Shown: piece after piece, positions 45,890-56,840 of the stretch
Layout of the letters: every line of letters starts with the position of its first letter
How positions within the stretch are numbered: position 1 is the first letter of the stretch
Source: Mytilus trossulus
Taxonomy: Eukaryota
DNA length: 64,000 nt
Assembly (NCBI RefSeq): GCF_036588685.1
Contig: NC_086374.1
Location: forward strand, 71,300,001-71,364,000
Direction: 5' to 3'
The notes under the pieces: generated by a model
Told to the model about the DNA's origin: nothing
Seen by the model: the letters and a program-made list of their open reading frames with translations, nothing else
Databases searched by the model: none
Made by a program: the position numbers and the translations under genes

Positions 45890-48570
45890 TGAAATCATAA
45901 TCTTTCAGTCAGTTTAATTGAAGTCTGGAGCTGGCATGTCAGTTAACTGCTAGTAGTCTGTTGTTATTTATGTATTATTGTCATTTTGTTTATTTTCTTT
46001 GGTTACATCTTCTGACATCAGACTCGGACTTCTCTTGAACTGAATTTTAATTTGCGTATTGTTATGCTTTTACTTTTCTACACTGGTTAGAGGTATAGGG
46101 GGAGGGTTGAGATCTCACAAACATGTTTAACCCCGCCGCATTTTTGCGCCTGTCCCAAGTCAGGAGCCTCTGGCCTTTGTTAGTCTTGTATTATTTAAAT
46201 TTTAGTTTCTTGTGTACAATTTGGAAATTAGTATGGCGTTCATTATCACTGAACTAGTATATATTTGTTTAGGGGCCAGCTGAAGGACGCCTCCGGGTGC
46301 GGGAATTTCTCGCTACATTGAAGACCTGTTGGTGACCTTCTGCTGTTGTGTTTTTTTATTTTGGTCGGGTAGTTGTCTCTTTGACACATTCCCCATTTCC
46401 ATTCTCAATTTTATTCATTGCTACCTTAAATTACTGAACAATAAGCATTGTTGATGTATTGTCATTACGCTGTTTTGAATGTAGTTTCTAAAGTTTCATC
46501 AACTATATTTATACTTGTTACTAGCCTAATGCTTGGTTGTCTGTATATTTGAGAACGCATAAACTATGGTTTAAATTAGACTGTTGAATTTATGGTATAA
46601 CATATAACATTCGAATACGAGATATTCTATTTTTCTGGTTAGGCTAACTTTTATAAATGTCCACGAGACAGAATTCCAACTCCAGCTCTAAAAATCGTCG
46701 TTATTTTTTTTTTCTTTTTATGAGCATCTGGTGTGGTATTTGGGTCATATGAGGTTAATACCATCTCATCAGCCATTAGTTAATACTGTTCAACAGGTGA
46801 TCGGTAGTATGCACTGAGGAAAATGAAATCTTGGTATTGTTTACAGTTTTGTATAATTTCGGTATTTATCTTTTTGAATCGCATTTAATATACATTAGAA
46901 ATAATAGGGAAACCCTTTCTGTTAATTGGTAATTTCTGCAGAAATATTAATTCTATGATCATAGCCGTCACCAATAGATTAATCAAGTAATATTAGCATT
47001 CAATGTTAGTTGTCTGTCATTTAAGTTTGGCATTATGAAATGCGAATATTCGTCTGATTACTTTGATATTTAAAATTCAAGAAACAATATAACAGCCGTT
47101 TTTTACAAAAATTATCATCACCGGAAGAAATGTTTTAAAGTTGGATAATTAGATAATATAATTAAATAGATAGGGAAGTATTTGATTTTGTGAGCTGATC
47201 TGAAATTCGAAAAGCACCACAGAACATAATTTGACATTGTACATCTAATAGGTATACTTGAAAACAGCTTTGTTTAACATATAACGGATGTTATGCAAGG
47301 CTAAATTCTCTTTATTTTAATCTGCAGAAGAGTTCATTGAATACATTTTTACTTCATATTATATAAATATCACAGCTTTATGTTGAAACTTTTTGGCTTT
47401 GAAGATTTTTTTTTAATTTTGATTTCAAAATATACTTTAAATACAAAATAACCAAAAAAGAAAAATGCGTAAGGGTTCGGCGGAACCCAGTGACTCTTGT
47501 GCAAGCTGGACAAAAAAGTGAAAAAAAATATTCAAAATTTACCTATAAATACTGTCTTTTGATTGTAAGACACTTTTGTTCAATTTTGGTAAAAATCCAG
47601 GATGGTTTATTATGAATGTAATAAATGTTTTAAAAAATTTAACAGGTCGAGACCACTACCTTATATGGAAATGCATGAATTAGCATACTTATGTCCTCGC
47701 ACATGTTATTGTTTATTTACGTGTGAAGCAATTTATTTTTACCTGAGTTTTTGACCAATCCACTAAATGAATAACAATGCATGGTGGACTACTACGTGCA
47801 TGTTTACTAGTCTATCAACCAAACACGCGTGTTATTTACTGTAATACAACACTTTTTTTTTGCAATGCGGGCTTAACAATTTCGGTTAGTTTTTAATTTT
47901 TTGTATCCACATTTATAGTTCGTAATATAAAGTATTCGTTCCATGCTCAGATTAACTTAGAGTTGTTTCTAAGCGAAAAAATAAGTGTTTGAATTACCCG
48001 ATATACAGCCATTAATATATTTGATGAAGACACGGAGATTTCAGAAATTCGTCCACTAGACTGCAGCGAAACAACAGTGGAAAACACAAAGACCCACCAA
48101 ACAAACTGGTTTAGAGAAAGTCGTCGATAATAGCCGGTGCTAATATTCATGAGTGCAGCAACTTTTGAATACTGGTAGCTAGTTAAAGAAAAATATATGA
48201 TCCTTGAATTTTGTGTTCGTTAAAAGGCGAAAACTTACAGTTAGTCAAATATCTGATTAGATCACTAAACTTTCTCAAAAATTGAAAACAACACATTTAA
48301 TAATTTCTTGCGTCCGAAGCGCTTTTCTGGATTGACCTTCACCTTCACTCAAAGCAAAACATTTGAAATACGAAGATGTATAAGTACCGAAAACGTTGAA
48401 GAGCTTTCAACGCCGATCGCTGGTGAAAATGTTCCGCTTTGAAATGTATGTTTACATACATTGCATTCAGTCATATTTGCTTATGTGATCTTATTGGGTA
48501 GAACTTTGACTGAGGATCCTTTAAACAAATCAACTATAAGCAGCTCTTACATCTATTTTCTAATTAATTA

Positions 48571-49311
48571 GCATATTTAAAAGTTGGATAACAGCAATCC
48601 ACGTATTAAAGCAATTGAACTCCGATATTAAGGAGTCATCAAATGATGTTTGTCATCAAACATATTTTAAGATCTTGTTTATCTGACCTTTTTTGCAGTG
48701 GACAGATTCTACCTATCTATTATAGTTCGTAAAAACAAATTGCAAAAAACAGGATTTATACAAAATTCGTCGTTTTAAGGGATTACTCCTTACGGAATCG
48801 TCTTCGTATCCATTAGCATGCTAGTGGCTCTTAACGTATTGTTTATTTACTGATTTATAGTTTATTCTTATCTCAGACTATATAGTCTTCGAGATTCAAA
48901 AATTTGCCAGAAATAGTTATTTCGAGATAATTGAAAAAAAAATAATATTTTGTTTCAAATCTCTCGAAAACAATATTTGATATATAGAAACTTCACACCG
49001 TTAAATAGATCATCGATACAAAATCTATATAAAAAACAGGGTCCTAAATAACGATTTCTGGCAAATTTTGAATCTCGAAGACTATATAGTAAGGAGTAAT
49101 CCCTTAAAACGACGAATTTTGTATAATTCCTGTTTTTTGCAATTTGTTTTGACAAACTATAATAGATAGGTAGAATCTGTCCACTGCAAAAAAGGTCAGA
49201 TAAACAAGATCTTAAAATATATTTGTTGAAAAACACCATTTGATGACTCCTTAATATCGGAGTTCGATTGCTTTAATATGTTGATTGCTGTTATCCAACT
49301 TTTAAATATGC
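48571..49311. repeat. Long imperfect inverted repeat (~220-260 bp arms)
   Basis: 48571-48792 pairs with ~49089-49311, and ~48878-48913 with ~49053-49088. Internal TTAAGGAGTCATC / GATGACTCCTTAA resembles Kolobok ends. Confidence 0.85.
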
Positions 49312-51946
49312 CAATGATCGTCATTTAGCAGTTCAAGGTGGCTTCCCGTTATTTCAGCAATAAGAAATTTTTGTAGATGTTGCTTTCTTTATTTACATGT
49401 AAAATTTCTATTCATCTTAAATCATTTGTGAGATCAATGGCAAAATCAGAAAAAAATAATAAAACCTCGTCATGCAGGGCTAACTACTCCTATAAGGAGG
49501 CGTTCTATAATTGTTATTGAAAAAAGAAAGCAAAAAGATCTTCAAATTCTGATATACAATATGAGTACCAATGAGACAAACCTCAATCTAAATAACATTT
49601 TTTTTTAAGTTAACCCTTATAGGTCAAAGTACGGCCTTCATCTCGGGGTTTGACTCACACACAAAAGCATGTAATAAAGGGCACAGATTTTGAGGATATT
49701 TTTCAAAAACGATTTTTAATATCTATCATAGAGTCAATTAATGCATATAAATGTAGAGTCAGTTAAAGCATTCTATTTGTATGTTCTCTTTTGAGTCAAC
49801 GCAGCCATATGTGTTGCGTTACTGGAATGAAATCACAAACGTTATACTAGATACCATACGATTATTTTTTTTATGTAAACCATTATATCTAACACATCAG
49901 CTTTTTTGCAAAGCATGGTCACATCTAGAATGGTAAAAGATGGTATTGAAAATTAACAAATAACGCCTTACAACTGTTTTGTTCTATGACTTATTTACAT
50001 GTTTATAATAACTTTAGGATATATTTGTATGTTTTTGTCGAGTGTTGTTTTATTTTTTCTTCTTCCGTAACTTGTTTCAACTATAGCGGAAGAGCAGTAC
50101 TTAAATAAAGAAAACAACAGTCATACTTTTTTGCATGACGTGCCGGATACTTATACATCCAGGTACATTTAAGGAATTTCTGAACAAAGGAGAGTTGTTT
50201 TGATGGCAGTTATTTTTCTTGATCTTTACATACACATTTATTTAAAGGTAAAAATCGTTTGTTATCTTTTATATTTACAAATCGATGCGTAAGCATAATG
50301 TCTTTTATTTAGGGCGAAGGCAGATCTGGTTAATTCTATACTGGGTAATATTGACACCGTAAAATACACATATATTGGTTTATTCGATTTTATGTGCAAA
50401 TCTATATATGCGAGGGTTTATTTTACATTATTATTCATATTGTTTTACAGCGTTCAAACACAATTGGGATGGACTATCCACATTGTTCATTGAGTACATA
50501 ATTTAAGAAGAAACACGGAATGTAAATGTTACTTTAAACACCCGAGTATATGTATTGACCTTGTGAAAAAAGGAGGATTGCTCTGATATCATTTAGTTGT
50601 CGTGTTATGTTGACATACATATTTAAAGGTAAAAATTGCTTATTATCTTTTATGTTTGGAAATTGATGTGTACGCATGACAAATTTTATTGGTTTCAATG
50701 CATTGTTACTGCTAAGGAAACACCTTGGAATATAAATGTATTAAGTTATAAATAGATTTTGTTTGCATACATATAACACATAAAGATGAAGTTTCTTTCA
50801 TTTACATATATTTTGTATTATTATATGTAGTGATACAACATACCTATGCAGTTGGAAGTAAGCTTTCCTCGAAGGTTCATTGGGTACATTTTAAACATAA
50901 ACACGGAATTATAATACATAAAACTAGAATTCAACAAAGTTATTTACTTTGGAAATCAATGTAAATAAACTCATCCTAGATACCAGGATTAAATGTTTTA
51001 GCACAGACGCGCGTTTCGTCTACAAAAGACTCATACATTGCAACCAACATAAAAAATATATGTTATCATTAATGACATTCTTTCATGTTGAATATGATCG
51101 TTTATTTAAATCGTCACAAAACTATATAAGGTTTATTGATCACGCTCCTGTACCGCGATGGATATTGTAATGGTCTCAATTCCTATGTCTGACCATCTGT
51201 CCAAAACACATCAAAAACCCAGAGACCGTTTGACAGAAGGTTGCATACTTGGTAGAATCAATTGTCATCATATCTTTCAACAATATTTTATCGTAATTTT
51301 GATTGTCCATTTCGTTTAAATAAAATAATTTTTAAATGAATTCTTGTATACATAATAAATGCAACTTCTCAAAACGATATCTTACGTTTGTTTGTCATCC
51401 TGTGTAGTTGACAATGTTGTATCACTATTCTTATCTTACCACTTTTACAGGAGTTATAAACTTTGACAAATTTGGAATACACAGGTATGATGACAGCTCG
51501 TAAAAGCAACTCAGCAGACTCCCTTTGACAGAGAGCTCTCATAATTGTCAAAATTGTTTGCTGCATTGAGTGATTTACCATATTATACTGTCTTTTTAAT
51601 ATGATCATTTCTACAATTGTTATTGGACCTTTTCTATAATAACATTTTGTGCAGGCAACTTCCCAGAGGTCATTCAGCAAAATCGTTTGCCCCAATAAGT
51701 TATTGACCATATATGACGCCAAATTGGTCTGACAAACTTTTATGGGAATATTGAAACTTACAGTAAGGTTTCTACAACACCTTCTGCTAACCATGTGATA
51801 ATTGGTTTTATAGTTTGCAATTTGTAATGAATCAAAGAGGGTGTGTTCTGATTTATCTTATATAGATATAAATGCAGTACCCAAGTATAGCCAATGATAA
51901 AATTGAACTGCACAGGCGACTAAGACTTGTTCTTTTTATATATACA

Positions 51947-52365
51947 TTTTGGTGTCACGATATCACAGTAGCATGGGTTCGAATCCCGGCGAGGGAGGAA
52001 CCAAAAATTTGCGAAAGCAAATTTACAGATCTAACATTGTTGGGTTGATGTTTAGACGATTAAAGCAAATTTACAGATCTAACATTGTTGTGTTGATGTT
52101 TAGACGAGTTGTACATTTATATATATATATATGTAGTACGCCGCTAGATTAAAACTGACGTGGAAAGGTAACATATGGCCACCGAAAGCTCTTTTGTTGA
52201 GAGCCCAGGTGGTCGTGTGGTCTAGCGGGACGGCTGCAGTGCAGGCGATTTGGTGTCACGATATCACAGTAGCATGGGTTCGAATCCCGGCCAGGGAAGA
52301 ACCAAAAATTTGCGAAAGCAAATTTACAGATCTAACATTGTTAGGTTGATGTTTAGACGAGTTGT
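51947..52365 (+). mobile_element. Two 5'-truncated copies of the tRNA-containing repeat within (TA)n
   Basis: A box 52210-52220, B box 52277-52287, hairpin AAATTTGC-GAAA-GCAAATTT 52306-52325. Both copies end GAGTTG followed by TA-rich sequence. No acceptor stem, so not a functional tRNA. Confidence 0.8.
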
Positions 52366-52616
52366 ATATATATATATATATATATGAGAGGCTTGCAGCT
52401 AAAAGATGGTTTCGAAATACTAAAGACTGTCTTCCCCAGGACTAGATTATCGCATCTTTTCTTGATAACATCGACAATTATGCTCAGGTTGTGTTCCATC
52501 AGTCGAAGTCCCCGTCCCGGCCTCTCGATTTACTGTCATCGTTCATAAAAAAATAATAGCCTATAGCTCTTTTTAAATTCAATATGACATACTTATAAAT
52601 ATTATTACAGATAAGA

Positions 52617-54314
52617 ATGACTTCAGCCAGTGGACCATTATGTGATGTATGTGAAACCCAGGATGTGGTTATAAACGCCATTTGCTGGTGCCCTGAATGC
52701 GATGAAGGTCTATGCACATCATGCGAAAAGTACCATCGGGCTTCTAAATCCTCAAAAAATCACGAAGTAACTTCAGTGGGTGATTATCAACAATTACCGT
52801 CATCCATAGCAAATATCAAACAATACTGTTCTGACCATGAGGAAAAATATCAGCACTACTGTTCCCAACATGAGACCCTTTGTTGTCCGCTTTGTCTCAC
52901 GTCAAATCACAGGAAATGTGATTTTTTAGCGATTGGTGAAATCATCAAAACGTCAAAGACCTCCGCACTTTTCGACATTATGGAACAAAATATCAAGGAT
53001 ATGAAAAGCAATCTAGAAAAAATAACAGACGATCGCAGGAAAAATTTGGAAGATATTCATCAACAACGACAGCAGTTCCTGACAGATATAAAAGAGATAC
53101 GAGAAAAAATGAACAAACATCTAGATAAACTTGAACAAGAAGTGGAACAGAATATCCAAACTGCGGAACAAAAAGCCAAATCACAAATAGAAACACTTCT
53201 TTCAAACATCTCCGGCCATTGTAAAACAATAGATAAGCTACAGCAGAATATATCTGCGACTAAACATCTTGCCACTGATCTTCAGACATTTTTGGGCGGA
53301 AAAATGTTTGAAGCTGAGATTCAAAAGGAAGAGAAGGTCATGCAGTCTTTAATAGAAAAGGGAGATTTGCAACAAATAAACCTACAATGCAAAATTGATG
53401 ATAAGTTGTCCAAAATACTGTCCTTGGCAAATATGGCAGAGATATCTATTATAACAAATCAACCCAGTATTACAATGACGACGGTTGGATATAAACAAGC
53501 TCAACAAATTGTACCGAAGATTTCAAAAACAATCAAAGACATCAATCCTACTTTACTAGCGAGATTTGAAATACCTAAACAGGGGAAAGCACCTGCAATC
53601 ACAGGCTGCACTATCATGCCTACACAAAAAATTATCTTTGTAGATCAAGCCAATGATCGTCTTGTAATCCACAATGAAAATAATTCATTTCATAGTGAAA
53701 TACCTGTATCACATTGGCCCATAGATGTAACTTGTATTGATAAAAATACCGTCGCTGTCACTCATAATGCAGAGCCTTATCATATAGAAATCATCAACAT
53801 CGCCGATAGAAAGATTGTTAAAAGGATTAAAACGTCCAATATGTGCTACGGCATTTCACATATACAAGGTAGACTGATATATTATGAAACAGGAAGTGGT
53901 ATTATAACAGCAGATATCACTGATGAAAGTACTGTCACCACAGTAGTTAAAGTCGATGGCGAGCAAACCTGGAACTATATTACAACATCAAAAGACAAGA
54001 TATACCGTACAAACCAAATCAGAAAATCCGTCACATGCTACACAATCACAGGGAAGAAGCTTTGGAAATACAAAGACAAATCAATTCTTAAAGGGATTCA
54101 TGACTTAACTGTTGATAATGATTCTAACGTGTATGTGGCATCCAAAGAGAATAGCAGTGTCGTCGTACTTTCACCAGATGGAAAGCACACTCGTCGATTT
54201 TTAGTAAAAGTAAATGGGATTAAAGACCCACTTGCAATATATTTTGACACAAGGAGAAATATTCTACTTGTTACTAACCTTAGAGGACCAGCATTTTTAT
54301 ACAAAATTAAATGA
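52617..54314 (+). CDS. B-box / coiled-coil / NHL-like beta-propeller protein (RING-less TRIM-like), paralog 2
   Basis: Colinear with 31825-33519 (565 vs 564 aa). Same acceptor context tattacag..aagaATG. Confidence 0.9.
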   Translation: MTSASGPLCDVCETQDVVINAICWCPECDEGLCTSCEKYHRASKSSKNHEVTSVGDYQQLPSSIANIKQYCSDHEEKYQHYCSQHETLCCPLCLTSNHRKCDFLAIGEIIKTSKTSALFDIMEQNIKDMKSNLEKITDDRRKNLEDIHQQRQQFLTDIKEIREKMNKHLDKLEQEVEQNIQTAEQKAKSQIETLLSNISGHCKTIDKLQQNISATKHLATDLQTFLGGKMFEAEIQKEEKVMQSLIEKGDLQQINLQCKIDDKLSKILSLANMAEISIITNQPSITMTTVGYKQAQQIVPKISKTIKDINPTLLARFEIPKQGKAPAITGCTIMPTQKIIFVDQANDRLVIHNENNSFHSEIPVSHWPIDVTCIDKNTVAVTHNAEPYHIEIINIADRKIVKRIKTSNMCYGISHIQGRLIYYETGSGIITADITDESTVTTVVKVDGEQTWNYITTSKDKIYRTNQIRKSVTCYTITGKKLWKYKDKSILKGIHDLTVDNDSNVYVASKENSSVVVLSPDGKHTRRFLVKVNGIKDPLAIYFDTRRNILLVTNLRGPAFLYKIK

Positions 54315-54814
54315 CATATTTTTCTGTTTTTGTTGGTTGGAATATCAACAAAAACACTTAGTATTCTAAACGTGAGAAGGTGACATTACTTGAGAATTTG
54401 AAACGCACCGTGTTTACTCTGTTATTGTCGGTTTTGACGGTAGTATACTCTAACCAATAGCATGAATTGAATTTTGACTTGTTAACGACTTCATGCATGA
54501 CTTTCTGTATATTTGATGTTGCATAAATTTTAACAAGTATGACATAACTTTGAACAGCGGTATACAACTGTTGCCTTTATGGGATCATTAAATATTCTCA
54601 TTTAGACAACTTGTTTATACTTGAAGTAAATAAAAATGAAATCCAACAAATCTATACTAAAAAAAAAACTCGCCAAACTGTCAAATGTTTGTCTTTTCTT
54701 TTTCTATTGTCTGATTTAGAAGTACGGTCATGTCAGCATTATCATAATTGCACTTCGTTTATTTTTCTATTTTGATTAGCTGTTCGTTGATATCCAGTAA
54801 GCCAAAAAAGAAAA

Positions 54815-55577
54815 ATTTGTAAGGGTTCCGCGGAACCCAATGTCTCGCCTATTTTTGCTGTAAATCGCAGGCTCAACAACAATGAGGAAAAAAATCAATA
54901 AAAATATTCCTCTTGTTACTATTTTATGATTGTAAGAAAATATAAGTCCATTTAAAGGTAAATTACAGAAAAAAACGGAGTAATCTTTTTACAAACTTTA
55001 CTTCTGAATACAATCTTATGATCAAAAATAAGCTTCTGTCCAAGTTTGGTACAAACCCAGGATAGTTTAAGAAAGTTATAAAAATTTTAAAAACTTTAAC
55101 CACAGAGTGAATGTAATGGTTCCATGAAGAAAAACTAAGTCCATTTAAAAGTAAAATATGGAAAAAATGGATTTATTTATTTACAAAATTTACTTCTGGA
55201 TACTATCTTATGATCACAAACAAGCTTCTGTCATAGTTTGGTACAAACCCAGGATAGTTTAAGAAAGTTATTAAAATTCTAAAAACTTTAACCACAGAGT
55301 GAATGTTTTGTTTCCCCGCAGAAAAAACTAAGTCCATTTATAGTAAAATACGGAAAAAATAGAATTTAATTTTTACAAAATTTACTTCTGGATACTATCT
55401 TATGATCATAAACAAGCTTCTGTCAAAGTTTGGTAGAAATACAGTATAGTTTAAGAAAGTTATTAAAATTTCAAAAACTTTAACCACAGAGTGAATATTT
55501 GTTGACGCGGCCGACGACGACGGAATGTAGGATTGCTTAGTCTCGCTTTTTCGACTAAAGTCGAAGGCTCAACAAAA
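54815..55577 (-). mobile_element. Helentron-associated non-autonomous element (second copy)
   Basis: Same hairpins and ~190-bp internal repeats as 25410-26220. A short relic also lies at ~47468-47640. Confidence 0.75.
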
Positions 55578-55907
55578 ATCACAACAATACTAAACTCAGA
55601 GGAAAATCTAATCGGAAAGTCCATAAGCACATAGCAAAATCAAATGACAAAACACATGAAAAACGAATGGACAAAAACTGTCATACTCCTGACTAGGTAC
55701 AGGCATTTTTAAATGTAGAAAATTGTGGATTAAACCTGGTTTTATAGTAAATGGAACCGTAAGTTGGCAGGAATTTTCCCATTATCTTAATCACAGCGCT
55801 TATATGTGGTTAGAAGCTATTTAGAAGTAAACACAAGTAAAAATTCAAACCAAACAAACCAAAACTGTTGTATATAGTTATCAAAAGTACCAGGATTATA
55901 ATTTTAT

Positions 55908-55951
55908 ACGCCAGACGCGCGTTTCGTCTACATAAGACTCATCAGTGACGC
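55908..55951 (-). ncRNA. Minimal type I hammerhead ribozyme
   Basis: Minus strand reads GCGTCA-CTGATGA-GTCT tatgt AGAC-GAAAC-GCGC-GTC-TGGCGT: intact core boxes, helix I GCGTCA/TGGCGT, helix II, a very short palindromic helix III and a GUC cleavage triplet. Confidence 0.85.
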
Positions 55952-56055
55952 TCAGATCAAAATTTGTATGTCATTCTTGCCATAGACGTAATTTATTCTT
56001 CCGCAAACAATATATGTCTCCAACAAAACATATTTAACCAAACATAAAATCTCCT

Positions 56056-56178
56056 AATACTTTTGAGTGAAATCATACATTACATCTAAATTTGAGAAAA
56101 GCCATATACAAGAGATTAATACTTTTGAGTGAAATCATACATTACATCTAAATTTGAGAAAAGCCATATACAAGAGAT
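56056..56178. repeat. Perfect ~61-bp tandem duplication
   Basis: TAATACTTTTGAGTGAAATC...CAAGAGAT occurs twice in tandem. Confidence 0.9.
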
Positions 56179-56694
56179 TGATTAGTCACTTGAAAGTTTT
56201 TTCTATGTGCGGTGGACTGTTAAATTGGGGGTCAAACCTCTTATTTCATAATAGAATAAGAAAGATCATAATATCATAAGGAACATGTGAACAAAATACC
56301 AAATTCCAATCCTTGTGTCTACTATGAATTTATTCGCTTACAGTACTTGAAAAACAGACAAAAACACAATAATCTGTTAACACAAAGATATGTCTCTCCT
56401 TTTTGTAATTTTGATAATGCAAATGTTGAAACTAAAATAGAAAAACTTTTAACATGTAAGTTATGCAAATATTCAAAGTCAATGAAACACCACTGAAAGT
56501 ACATGGCTGAACAAACTCAATGGAAATGAAATGTGCCAATGCGAATACAACTGCATACCAAATACAATTTACTTATCTTAAGTTATTCCCTTTAAACAAA
56601 CCTAAACAAAAACATTAACTTGTTATTTATGTAAAAGTTTCAAGGTCAATGAAAAATGATGAGGGTGTGTGGCTTCATAATCTCCATGGGAATA

Positions 56695-56840
56695 CTAAAA
56701 TTGAGAATGGAAATGGGGAATGTGTCAAAGCGACGACAACAACCCGACCATGGAACGTACAACAGCAGAAGGTAACCATGTGGCTTAAATGTAGCAAGAA
56801 ACTCCCGCACCCGGAGGCGTCCTTTAGCAGGCCCCTTAAA
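56695..56840 (-). repeat. Short relic of the Naiad 3' terminus (another at ~60880-60940)
   Basis: TAAAATTGAGAATGGAAATGGGGAATGTGTCAAAG is the reverse complement of the element end at ~46380-46412. Confidence 0.85.

Larger units (their letters stand above)
42400..46415 (+). mobile_element. Naiad-type Penelope-like retroelement, copy 2 (full-length 4016-bp unit)
   Basis: Head-to-tail with copy 1 and carries 148 extra 5' bases. Ends ...CCCCATTTCCATTCTCAATTTTATT, like copy 1. Confidence 0.95.

Noticed and set aside
51369-51794. 141-aa minus-strand ORF
   Set aside because: No recognisable motif or supporting gene structure. It could be chance or a decayed exon on the other strand.
52203-52297. 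tRNA-Sec or other functional tRNA gene (GCCC start, GTGGTCT and GTGCAGGC resemble tRNA-Sec)
   Set aside because: No acceptor stem and no TCA anticodon loop. The D-arm region fits Leu/Ser-type tRNAs equally well, and it is part of a dispersed repeat.
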